A stretch of DNA of 63,050 nucleotides, taken from IMG/VR virus record IMGVR_UViG_3300028048_001604; one strand, 5' to 3'. Under the pieces are notes generated by a model. The model saw only the letters and a program-made list of their open reading frames with translations. It had not been told where the DNA came from and did no database searches. This DNA comes from an uncultured virus (IMG/VR IMGVR_UViG_3300028048_001604) (taxonomy: Duplodnaviria > Heunggongvirae > Uroviricota > Caudoviricetes). Below are positions 38,310-47,159 of this stretch, in pieces. Position 1 is the first letter of the stretch. Each line of letters opens with the position of its first letter. The position numbers and the translations under genes are program-made.

Positions 38310-39656
38310 TCAACCCTCCATGATTTGCTCGCCCAATCTCTTAGTCTTGATTTTAGAAGTATCCACCTTTGGAGCCGTACCTGGCATCGGATGTCTGATT
38401 GCGTCTTTAGTCATGCTCTGTACATCTTCCTTACTAAAACCTTTATGCTTATCAGCCTTGATTGCTACCCTTGCTAACTTTAAGGCTCGCTTAAGAGAAG
38501 TTTGTTCTGGTTCATCTAAGCCATCAAACTGCTCCTTTGACATAAGAATCATACCACCATTACGCTCCATAAGATGGAGAGCAATATGGCAACCTACACA
38601 TAATGTTACCAAATTATCCATTGTATCCTTACCACCACAATGAACTGGAATTACGTGATGGACTGCAAGAATACCCGAAAGGACTCCGACCATTTTCTTA
38701 CCACAACACTTACAAGTTGCTTGGTCTCTATTAACAACGGCATTACGAAGTGCAGGGTCTAACGGATGTCTGTCACCTACCTGTTGCTGGTCATCACCAT
38801 ACTGCGACTTATTCATATCGCCAAAATCGTCTTCGTCTACATCCTCTAGGTCATCTAAATCATCAGCCATATCGAGAAGTTCTTTTGTATCTTCGTCAGA
38901 CAACTGCATACCGTCATTTTCGGAAATTAGATTACCGTCTTCGTCAAATGTTTGGTCTACCCCTGACGCATCCTCCTCTGCTAGTCTATCTTCTTCCTTA
39001 CGTTTCTTTTCTAGCATTTTGTAGCAAGCGTCTAATGGCTTATCGCCACTTAACAGAGCTTCTTTAATTTCATCATAAGAGCAAAGCATTACATCTCTTA
39101 ACTTCATAGCCTCGCCTGATTCTAGCTGAAGTATGTTCTCAAGAGTATTTGGAGTAATACTACCCTGCAATTCTAGTACCTGATACAAATGCCAAATTTC
39201 TCGCCAACTACGTTTCTGAGTCTTATTCAGAATAAGTGAGATATAAAGACCAAGGTCTGCTGCAGTATCTTCATCATTGAAAGTCCAAACTACCGCGTCA
39301 ATTTCTTTTTGACCGTTTCTCGTAGCTGCGTAAATACGTCTTAAACCATCAAGAAGAATATACTTATAATCTTCTTCGGCGTCTTCTTCTGGTACTGCAC
39401 GTACATGGATAGGTGTTAATACCCCTAAATCTTTTACGATTGCTGTCATACCACTTAAAGTATCCTGCCTGCCCCTTTTAATAGGGTCTGTATACGCAAT
39501 TTCACTAATCTTAATTGTTCTAATTTCTCGTTTAAAAGCATCCGATGATAATTTTAATAATTGAGATAATCTCTCGTCAGAACTAAACGTATCATCATAC
39601 TCTGATACGAGTGAAGAACCTGCTAAATCTTCTGACTCGTCATAAGTACTACCCAT
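38310..39656 (-). CDS. ParB/Srx-domain protein fused to a C-terminal HNH endonuclease
   Basis: GVLTPIHV...YILLDGLRRIYA (ParB-N); RD..TCKCCG...VHHVIP..GGKDTMDNLVTLCVGCH (HNH). Start moved to Met13 (AGGAGG RBS). Confidence 0.85.
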   Translation of the reverse strand: MGSTYDESEDLAGSSLVSEYDDTFSSDERLSQLLKLSSDAFKREIRTIKISEIAYTDPIKRGRQDTLSGMTAIVKDLGVLTPIHVRAVPEEDAEEDYKYILLDGLRRIYAATRNGQKEIDAVVWTFNDEDTAADLGLYISLILNKTQKRSWREIWHLYQVLELQGSITPNTLENILQLESGEAMKLRDVMLCSYDEIKEALLSGDKPLDACYKMLEKKRKEEDRLAEEDASGVDQTFDEDGNLISENDGMQLSDEDTKELLDMADDLDDLEDVDEDDFGDMNKSQYGDDQQQVGDRHPLDPALRNAVVNRDQATCKCCGKKMVGVLSGILAVHHVIPVHCGGKDTMDNLVTLCVGCHIALHLMERNGGMILMSKEQFDGLDEPEQTSLKRALKLARVAIKADKHKGFSKEDVQSMTKDAIRHPMPGTAPKVDTSKIKTKRLGEQIMEG

Positions 39657-39757
39657 AAAATTTCCTCCTGTCTTGATATTAGTATGTGACATATTATAGA
39701 AAATATCGAAATTATTTCACACTATATTATAACAATATACCACGCAATCAAGAACAT

Positions 39758-39792
39758 AAAAATAGAGGGTAGCGAAATGCCTCACTACCCTC
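39758..39792 (-). terminator. Intrinsic terminator
   Basis: GAGGGTAG...CTACCCTC stem followed by TATTTTT on the minus strand. Confidence 0.7.
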
Positions 39793-39822
39793 ATTTATGT
39801 GTGTTTTACAAAATAATACTAT

Positions 39823-40758
39823 TTATTTTACCTTGATAAGAATCTTTTCATTAGACCAAAAAGATGGTGCATATTCAACCTCAACAGATGTTGCATTTAC
39901 AGGAACCTGCCAAAACAGACTGAACTGCATTTTTCTTCCTGCAGAGAGCTGTGCAATTTCTGAACCATTTGGATTCACACCAAACTGAGCCATACCCCAT
40001 CTTTCAGTATATGGGTTATCATCAGCATACAGTTTGAAGTCTGTAAATGATGCAGTCTTATCTGAATCGCCAGTATTCTCCATTGTTACATCCATCTTTA
40101 CATAAGTAAAACCATCTTTTGGCTTGTACATAGCGTCTGTAAATTCATTATCAGTAGATGGTACCTGCCAATCAAACTCAATGTTGTCTACCGTCATCTT
40201 CATATTAGACTCTTCGAATGAATCACCTACGGCTAACTCCTTCTTGTTACCCTTCTTACTTGAATCAGACTTATCAGAACTTGACTTACTAGACTCTGAC
40301 TGATTTGTAGAAGAAGTCTTGCTTGAATGTGTTGTCTTACCAGAGTTAGCAACTCCGATAATAACAAAAAGAACTACAACGGCAAGAAGAATATACAGTA
40401 CAGTATGCTTTTTCTTCTTCTTTGGTTGCTGAGGTGCCTGCTGAGGTGCTCCCCAATTCTGGTTAGGGTTATTGTTCCAATTCTGATTTGGATTACCCTG
40501 ATTCGGAGCATTGTTCCAGCCTGCATTATTGCTGCCCCAATTCTGATTAGGTGCTGGATTGCCCTGATTGGGATTATTCCAATTCTGATTTAGATTACTA
40601 TTCCAGTCTGGAACATCGTTATTCCAATTACCCTGTGGCTGATTCCAATCTGCTCCGTTGTTACCCTGTGGTTGATTCCAGTCCGCATTGTTACCCTGTG
40701 GCTGATTCCAGTCCGCTCCATTGTTACCCCAATCTGGAGTATTTGAATTATTACCCAT
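39823..40758 (-). CDS. DUF4352/MPT63-like membrane-anchored protein with N-terminal WNQPQGN repeats
   Basis: N/Q/W/P-rich repeats, KKKKK + TM, S/K linker, Ig-like domain (VGDSFE...YVKMDVTMENTG...FKLYAD...QLSAG). Start moved to 40758 (AAAGGAGT RBS). Confidence 0.8.
   Translation of the reverse strand: MGNNSNTPDWGNNGADWNQPQGNNADWNQPQGNNGADWNQPQGNWNNDVPDWNSNLNQNWNNPNQGNPAPNQNWGSNNAGWNNAPNQGNPNQNWNNNPNQNWGAPQQAPQQPKKKKKHTVLYILLAVVVLFVIIGVANSGKTTHSSKTSSTNQSESSKSSSDKSDSSKKGNKKELAVGDSFEESNMKMTVDNIEFDWQVPSTDNEFTDAMYKPKDGFTYVKMDVTMENTGDSDKTASFTDFKLYADDNPYTERWGMAQFGVNPNGSEIAQLSAGRKMQFSLFWQVPVNATSVEVEYAPSFWSNEKILIKVK
40620..40735. repeat. Coding tandem repeat (30-33 bp units)
   Basis: ttaccctgtgg(c/t)tgattcca unit three times; encodes (G)ADWNQPQGNN. 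Confidence 0.8.
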
Positions 40759-40864
40759 TTTCACTCCTTTACTCGTAAAACACACTTCCATAACCTATGT
40801 AAATTATACTATATATATACATACAAATGTCAGTAGTAACTCAAAAAAAAAACACGTCTTATAC

Positions 40865-41248
40865 TTAATTTGCACTAGCTAAGTCAATTTTTGGAACATG
40901 GTATTCTAGCATACTCTGATAAATCGAACCAATATGATATGTTATTTTAATAAGGTATGGTTGTTTTCCATCTTCTATCTGTACAATTTTATTTCCATTA
41001 TTGCTTGACTTGTACAGTTTAGTGCTTTTATGCCCATGCTTATCTACAACCTTAAAATTTGTACCCTTATTAGTAATAGATACGCTCTGTATTGTATATT
41101 TTTCTGTCTCTGGATTCAAATGAAATAAATTTGTAGTAAACATTACGCCTATAAAGGCAACAATTACTACTGATGCAGTTCCTGAGAAAAATGCTACATT
41201 TGGTCTTTTATCACTAATGTAAACACAAATACACAATACAATAAACAT
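40865..41248 (-). CDS. Membrane protein
   Basis: Two hydrophobic segments; start uncertain. Confidence 0.6.
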   Translation of the reverse strand: MFIVLCICVYISDKRPNVAFFSGTASVVIVAFIGVMFTTNLFHLNPETEKYTIQSVSITNKGTNFKVVDKHGHKSTKLYKSSNNGNKIVQIEDGKQPYLIKITYHIGSIYQSMLEYHVPKIDLASAN

Positions 41249-41368
41249 AATAGCAAAAGCAATAATAAATAATACCCCCGTGTGCGTGATATACCCGTTC
41301 CTTTCTTACGTGAAATACTAACCTGATACCCTTAGGTATGCTTACTAAAATATAATACCCAATATGGC

Positions 41369-41896
41369 TTAAAACCAATGCTTGATGTATGACGGATTAC
41401 TTATCTTTACCATGTCATTCTCAACTGCATCTATTAGCTCCTGTAAATTAGTTATTCTGCCATTATCCATAAAGATTAAATCTCTATGCTTATCACAACC
41501 AACGATTTGTCTAGTGCTGTCTGCGTCAGCCTTGCTATACTTATTGTTCATTACAAACTTCTCATAAGTTATGCTTGCCTGTGTAATATTTACACCTGCA
41601 ATCTTATACACTTCTTCTGCAATAGTTTCTTTTGATACCCGTGCTAACATTAACCATTTTCTAAATGCGGTTGCGTCACAATCGCAAGCCTGCATATACA
41701 CCTCATGCAGTAAATTATGTGTATCTTGTGCTAAATCTTTTTTAGAAATAGTACCCGTACCATAAAATACGGCATTAAAACGCTTAACTGGAACACCAAT
41801 CTCTAACCTTAACCAATTAACTAACTGGTCTATTTGATTATTAAATGCAGTCTTGTTAATATAAGCATATACGTTCTTTAACTCACTTACTCTCAT
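41369..41896 (-). CDS. Hypothetical protein
   Basis: 175 aa, GGGAGG RBS. Confidence 0.75.
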   Translation of the reverse strand: MRVSELKNVYAYINKTAFNNQIDQLVNWLRLEIGVPVKRFNAVFYGTGTISKKDLAQDTHNLLHEVYMQACDCDATAFRKWLMLARVSKETIAEEVYKIAGVNITQASITYEKFVMNNKYSKADADSTRQIVGCDKHRDLIFMDNGRITNLQELIDAVENDMVKISNPSYIKHWF

Positions 41897-41917
41897 ACCA
41901 TTATCCTCCCATTAAAA

Positions 41918-42541
41918 TTAAAGCCTACCCATTGTAAGCATATAAATAAATACAACTGTAAGTCCAGTGCAGATACCGCCGATTGCCTTTGCCATCGCTG
42001 AGTCTGCATAACAAATACCAAACATCACATTCAATGGTAGAGGGAAAAACAACTTAATAGGCTTCTTATTGAGCAAGTCAATAAGGATATGGCTTAAATA
42101 CCCAAGACCGAACCAGATTGCAAAGGTCTGCCCAAACATGATATACCAACATGACGTAAATAGTACACAAGCAAGCAACCAATGAGTGAACTGACGGTGT
42201 CCTGACATATACCCAATGATTGACAAAACTAGAAAACTTGCTAAACCAATAAATGCTTTTGTATGTAACAACTGACTTACTATACTATCAAGAGAACCTG
42301 TAGAATACCCATATACAAGAGTTGCTACCAAACCACAAGCCAAAAATGTAAGTGTTTTTCTAAACTGCTTTTTGATTTTTGACTCTCCGTTTGCGTCAAT
42401 ATCTGGCATGAGTGCCCCAATAATAGCACAACCGATACCCAAACCTAACATCTTTGTATCAGATGCCTGCATTTGTGGTAGGACTAAAGCCATACCTGTT
42501 GCTGTGGCAGTGCCAACTGCCATATGTACTTCGCCATTCAT
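41918..42541 (-). CDS. YdjM-like membrane metal-dependent hydrolase
   Basis: MNGEVH, GALMPDID, GHRQFTH, LSHILIDLLN...FFP motifs. Confidence 0.88.
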   Translation of the reverse strand: MNGEVHMAVGTATATGMALVLPQMQASDTKMLGLGIGCAIIGALMPDIDANGESKIKKQFRKTLTFLACGLVATLVYGYSTGSLDSIVSQLLHTKAFIGLASFLVLSIIGYMSGHRQFTHWLLACVLFTSCWYIMFGQTFAIWFGLGYLSHILIDLLNKKPIKLFFPLPLNVMFGICYADSAMAKAIGGICTGLTVVFIYMLTMGRL

Positions 42542-42564
42542 TAAGAAATACCTGCCTTTCTAAG

Positions 42565-43167
42565 TTAATACCTTGTTCTCCATATATCTTTACCAGTCTG
42601 AAATGCTTGTAATAATGCTATCTTTTGTGTGTACAGATTATATAGTGGCTCTAATCTATTCAACCTATCTGGTACATCTTGTGAATATATCTGCATAAAC
42701 TCTTCCTTTGTAGGAAGTTTGTTTATGTTTACTATACACCTATATTCGTTTGGTATGCACTTTAATAAATCTAACTCTTTTTCAACAAATGAGTGCGTTT
42801 TTAATCTTGGAACTACAATAGGTAAACTACGTTCTCTAAAAAACATTGAATTACCCGTATCATAAATTGGTGCAAAACCTGTATATGTGTCACGTAATAG
42901 AGCGATATTATTCATATATCTATCTGTATTTGACATAATAAAATCTGTTTCAATCATGTAACGCATAAACGTATAAAATGCGTTTATATCTATACCCAGT
43001 TCTATACAATTATCTCTAATATGCTCTACCCCATTCGTTTCGCAAGGTCTTTTTGGTCTTGTTGTGTAGCTTACAACTTGATTGATACCATAAGCGTCTT
43101 TGATGTATCTAGCAACAGTATCTTTACCTGAACTCGTTTTGCCTATCAATAATATTAGCCTACCCAT
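42565..43167 (-). CDS. Chimeric ORF: guanylate-kinase N-terminus fused to HipA-like kinase C-terminus (probable deletion product)
   Basis: aa 1-49 GKTSSGKDT...SYTTRPKRPCETNGVEH (Gmk); remainder DFIMSNTDRYMNN...FAPIYDTGNS (HipA-C like). Confidence 0.7.
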   Translation of the reverse strand: MGRLILLIGKTSSGKDTVARYIKDAYGINQVVSYTTRPKRPCETNGVEHIRDNCIELGIDINAFYTFMRYMIETDFIMSNTDRYMNNIALLRDTYTGFAPIYDTGNSMFFRERSLPIVVPRLKTHSFVEKELDLLKCIPNEYRCIVNINKLPTKEEFMQIYSQDVPDRLNRLEPLYNLYTQKIALLQAFQTGKDIWRTRY

Positions 43168-43185
43168 AATACTGCTATCCTCGTG

Positions 43186-43554
43186 TTATACATAATATAC
43201 ATCTGGTTTATTTGAAATAACGATAATATCGACAAACCAACCGACAACAAACAAACCGAAAGTACAAATATATAATATCCCTAACACTGACCTACCTTCG
43301 TAAAACTTGTGTGCCCCAAGCCATCCAAATAGAATACATAGCAGTAATGCGGTAGACCTTTCGCAACGCTTAGGATAATGTGGTGTCGAATATGGTGGAT
43401 TACTTACATTCTGATTTGTGTTTACCACTACTTGTGGGTTATACTATGGTGCTTGCTGTAAAGTCTCTACCTGTTTACCACAATGTGGACATACAACGCA
43501 ATCCCAGTCAATCAATGCACCACAAAATTTACAGTATTTTTGTCTGTTATCCAT
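43186..43554 (-). pseudogene. Zinc-ribbon plus TM2-domain protein interrupted by an in-frame TAG
   Basis: ATG 43554 gives MDNRQKYCKFCG...CPHCG..QQAP, TAG at 43444-43446, then the same frame continues into the TM2 domain (LFGWLGAHKFYEG...TFGLF..GW). Confidence 0.75.
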
Positions 43555-43565
43555 ATTGCTACCCC

Positions 43566-44984
43566 TTATTCATCGTAATCGTCTACATACTCTACCCAGT
43601 CATCTTCATCATCTAGAGTTAAAGCATTCTTAATCTTACCATCTACTAAAGGAGTTCCATCCTCGAAACAAGGAACTACACCTGCCTCACCGCCATAACG
43701 GAAATAGATAAGATTACCTGCATATGCGTCTAGAATTACCATGTTTGCTGGTTCATAAAGAGGAACTCGTCTAACACGATTGCCTGCTGCAGTCAATACC
43801 CCTAATTCAGATATATTATCTACTTCTTTTTCGCTTGTGATATAAGGGTGGTAACACAAGTCACCAAACTCTATATCATTTTCGCCTTCTGAAATAATGG
43901 CAACGGGGCTTAACTTTGACTTTCCTGCCTTCCAATAGATAGTCTGGATAAATCCGCAGTACATATCCTGCTTCCAATACCCAACCTTGAGAGCGATATT
44001 ACCAAACTTATAGTGACCGCCATCATCTCCGAAACTTCTAAAGGTCTTTTTATCATTAATTGTGAATACAATACCATCGGTATAGTAGGCATACCCTTGA
44101 AAGCCTGTGCTTTCGTCTGGTACAACATCTGCCTCACAATCAGAAACAATACCTTTTAGGTCAGAGATTAACGATTCCTTTGTTAAGTCTGGAATTTCCC
44201 AAGCAAGTGGTACTTCAAAACCTAAAGACTCAAGGTAATCATACTCTTCTGATTTGCTGGAAAATGAGTCTGATTCGTTAGATAACATCTCATAGGCTAC
44301 AAAATGAAGTAGATTCCATTCTTCTTCTGTACCTGATTCTCTACCCATAGAAGATACGGCACTAAAAGGTGACTTAATATCTGGATTAAAACTTCTTGCT
44401 TTATCCATATTATCGAAAGGCAGTACCCATTCTCCTCTGATTTCACAAATGCTTAAACCCGAAATATCGTCAATATAAGTAAGACCGTCTCGTTCTAGGA
44501 TTACCCTAAGCTGGGCAGTAATGTCTTTACCTGCCGAATGTCTAGCTCTACTGCGAGCCTTCTTAAACTTACCATACTCATATACAAGTCTGATACCATG
44601 ACCATTCAACTTAACAGATGCGTGACCATCAAATACAAAGCCATCGGGCATCCTGTTGACATAATCACGCAATTCGTCACAATCAAAGGACTTGACTGTT
44701 TGAATACTGTACATTGGGTTTGACTTAAAAACTGCGTCATCATCAGTGAGGTCTGTACCGCCATCTTCCCAAATAGCTTTAAGTACATCAGCGTCTGGAT
44801 TAATGTGCTTAAGAATTGCTACCATACGGTCATAAATGGCATCTGGTACGATAGGGTCTCCCATATTCATAGCATCGTTGCACTTCTTAATATGGTCGAT
44901 AAGAGACTCAACCTGCTCATTTGTAAGCGAATCTACCCCATTTTCATCTACGCAACCTAGTAATGCGTCTAACTCTAAATTCAT
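43566..44984 (-). CDS. ligA: NAD-dependent DNA ligase N-terminal part (Ia, adenylation and OB domains; no Zn/HhH/BRCT)
   Basis: PDAIYD, PMYSIQ, motif I SVKLNG, EIRGE, TDGIV, IALK, KLSPVA; ends after the OB fold. Confidence 0.85.
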   Translation of the reverse strand: MNLELDALLGCVDENGVDSLTNEQVESLIDHIKKCNDAMNMGDPIVPDAIYDRMVAILKHINPDADVLKAIWEDGGTDLTDDDAVFKSNPMYSIQTVKSFDCDELRDYVNRMPDGFVFDGHASVKLNGHGIRLVYEYGKFKKARSRARHSAGKDITAQLRVILERDGLTYIDDISGLSICEIRGEWVLPFDNMDKARSFNPDIKSPFSAVSSMGRESGTEEEWNLLHFVAYEMLSNESDSFSSKSEEYDYLESLGFEVPLAWEIPDLTKESLISDLKGIVSDCEADVVPDESTGFQGYAYYTDGIVFTINDKKTFRSFGDDGGHYKFGNIALKVGYWKQDMYCGFIQTIYWKAGKSKLSPVAIISEGENDIEFGDLCYHPYITSEKEVDNISELGVLTAAGNRVRRVPLYEPANMVILDAYAGNLIYFRYGGEAGVVPCFEDGTPLVDGKIKNALTLDDEDDWVEYVDDYDE

Positions 44985-44996
44985 AATACTAATCTC

Positions 44997-45305
44997 CTAC
45001 AATCTATTTCCAATGCCTGCACGAATATAAGCCTCTTCTCTGCTACAACCTCTATCCATGTAATACTTTGCAAATGCCTGACGAGCCTCAAGTTCTGAAA
45101 TAGATACCCCACAATTAAGAGGTACACTATCACTCTTCTGACGCTTATTTAGTGGAATGATGCCATGAATCTTAAACTCGCCTGCCAAGCACTTCTCTAC
45201 GATACTGTTAAATGGAACTGCATCGTAAGTAGCGTCAGTAGTATCAAATACAGTAACCTGATTTCTTTCAAAGTCTACGTTTGCCAAAATATACATACAT
45301 ATCAC
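44997..45305 (-). CDS. Hypothetical protein, D(S/T)xD paralog family
   Basis: VTVFDTTDATYD...FKIHG. Confidence 0.7.
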   Translation of the reverse strand: MICMYILANVDFERNQVTVFDTTDATYDAVPFNSIVEKCLAGEFKIHGIIPLNKRQKSDSVPLNCGVSISELEARQAFAKYYMDRGCSREEAYIRAGIGNRL

Positions 45306-45314
45306 CTCCTTATG

Positions 45315-45614
45315 TTAATACTGCATATCTAAATGTGACGGGAAGAATAATTTACCACATTTGTTGCAAAAATAATAGTAAACTACCCGATACCCATCAC
45401 GGTCTACTACATCAAACTGTTGCTTAGGCAACCATTGAATATACCCATAAGCACAAGCGTGTCTTAATAGTTCGGGAAATTCATCAATACGTTGTACCTG
45501 TATCTGTGCTGGATTTATATTATACTGCATAGCTAACTGCTCTCTCAAAGCCGTAAGTATTTGACTTGTTGAGAATTTAAGCATTTGATACCCCATGTAA
45601 TCCATACCAATCAC
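45315..45614 (-). CDS. Hypothetical Zn-binding protein
   Basis: HAC...FCNKCGK. Confidence 0.7.
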   Translation of the reverse strand: MIGMDYMGYQMLKFSTSQILTALREQLAMQYNINPAQIQVQRIDEFPELLRHACAYGYIQWLPKQQFDVVDRDGYRVVYYYFCNKCGKLFFPSHLDMQY

Positions 45615-46549
45615 CTCTTTTTGTAAAAATATAACCAGCCTTCGTCATCTTCATTACAAAAGAATTCTAAATGATGTCTGGTTCCAAAAATACCCAATTT
45701 GCTTGGTGGTAGATACGCACATAATAATTTATTTGGAAACTGCTCGATATATCCTAGGATTGACTTCTCAATGTTACGAAAATCTAAATCTACATTTTCA
45801 AAGTCTCCTGAACTAAATACCTCATCTCGACTATAATAAACATCACTCGAGTCTTCTACATAAAGCATTTTAATATCGTTGAATCTGATATGCTTTTTCT
45901 TTTCGCTCGTAGTAACAAAATTTAACTTTGCTACAATACTAAATATCATACCATAAGAATCGCATATATCTTCAAAACATTCTAAAGCCTTCTGTTTTGC
46001 GGTATCGTCTTTATGCTCTAAATAGTAAGAGCAGTGCATATAATCTAAGAAATTTTGAACCTCTACTTTACTTGTAGGTTTATTCTTCTGCTTGTAGATT
46101 AAACGCATATCTCTAGACCAAACAGTTTGTTTTTCACGATAAAGAGTCTTTACATTACATACCCCATCTAATATAAGTTCATCGATTACAGTGTTAAGAT
46201 TTAATAACTGTACAGTTGTGTTGTAGTTCTCACCACCATAAACACCTTCTACCAAGCAATAGTCAAAACTTCTACCCTTTACTATTTCTTCAAGATGCTT
46301 TTTAAAGACTCGTCTTTGCTTTATTGCCCACATAGGAGAAACAGACTCGTCTTGAATACCCTCTTTGCGACTTAAATGAAAATAATACTCCTCAAAACTA
46401 GAGCCATTCCAAATTACTACCCCTGTATGCAAAGGTGCTATATCTAACGTAATAGCTGTACCATGTAACAAGGTCATAATATTTAATTCATTGACTGCCT
46501 CTACTTTTGAGGTATCTTCACAACAATCTTCTAAACCATAATTAATCAT
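45611..46549 (-). CDS. RuvC-like (RNase H fold) nuclease / Holliday junction resolvase
   Basis: ITLDIAPLHTGVVIW, CLVEG, EDICDS acidic triad pattern. Confidence 0.65.
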   Translation of the reverse strand: MINYGLEDCCEDTSKVEAVNELNIMTLLHGTAITLDIAPLHTGVVIWNGSSFEEYYFHLSRKEGIQDESVSPMWAIKQRRVFKKHLEEIVKGRSFDYCLVEGVYGGENYNTTVQLLNLNTVIDELILDGVCNVKTLYREKQTVWSRDMRLIYKQKNKPTSKVEVQNFLDYMHCSYYLEHKDDTAKQKALECFEDICDSYGMIFSIVAKLNFVTTSEKKKHIRFNDIKMLYVEDSSDVYYSRDEVFSSGDFENVDLDFRNIEKSILGYIEQFPNKLLCAYLPPSKLGIFGTRHHLEFFCNEDDEGWLYFYKKR

Positions 46550-47108
46550 ACAAATGCTTTTCGGTGGCTATCATCTTGACGTTTTCAGAATTGAGTGCGT
46601 CAAGACTATGTGTGCCTACCCGATTTTTCCTAATCTCCCTAATATAATCATTACGAGTATAACGATACTTCATAATATCTATCTTGCGTAATTTACGAAG
46701 ATATTTACCCTCATAATCGTCTTCTGATAGTTCAGATAACTCTGGCAGTTGAATACCAAACTTGGCTGCTAGGTCACGACAAGCGTCTTCAACATTTAAT
46801 CTATTATTATGATAAAGCTCTTCTATCTGCTGATGCAGACGTATTACATTACCCGACTTACCGCAACCGAAACAATGGTAGATATATTGACCTTTGTGAG
46901 TACGGTCTGGTATATACCCCATTGATGGGTTTACATCTTCATGGTCTGGAAACCAACATAATACCAACTTATCTTCTAAAAAGCTCCAACGTGAAAATTC
47001 ACGTCTTAATGGTTTGATATATCGTTCATAATAGGTTGCCAATGTTACTACTAATTCGCCTGTTTCTGAGTCTCTATATTCTAGGATAAAATCTTCTAAA
47101 CTAGACAT
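46542..47108 (-). CDS. Stand-alone primase CHC2 zinc-binding domain protein
   Basis: LCWFPDHEDVNPSM...YHCFGCGKSGNVI...ACRDLAAKFGI; no TOPRIM domain. Confidence 0.8.
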   Translation of the reverse strand: MSSLEDFILEYRDSETGELVVTLATYYERYIKPLRREFSRWSFLEDKLVLCWFPDHEDVNPSMGYIPDRTHKGQYIYHCFGCGKSGNVIRLHQQIEELYHNNRLNVEDACRDLAAKFGIQLPELSELSEDDYEGKYLRKLRKIDIMKYRYTRNDYIREIRKNRVGTHSLDALNSENVKMIATEKHLYD

Positions 47109-47127
47109 TACTAAAACCTCAAAATAC

Positions 47128-47149
47128 GAGGGGCAAATATCTGCCCCTC
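47128..47149 (-). terminator. Hairpin/terminator
   Basis: GAGGGGCA-loop-TGCCCCTC followed by GTATTTT on the minus strand. Confidence 0.65.
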
Positions 47150-47159
47150 TAAAATACTT

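Noticed and set aside
40620..40735. CRISPR-like array
   Set aside because: Repeats are in-frame coding units without unique spacers; no cas genes.
39726..40833. Promoters at 39726-39751 and 40803-40833
   Set aside because: TATAAT is present but the best -35 lies at 14 or 19 bp spacing; not called.
43444..43446. TAG-to-Gln recoding (genetic code 15) suggested by the in-frame TAG
   Set aside because: Many intact genes end in TAG directly before the next RBS (7456, 12442, 17154, 18562, 25067, 28630, 44997) and long ORFs are uninterrupted in code 11.
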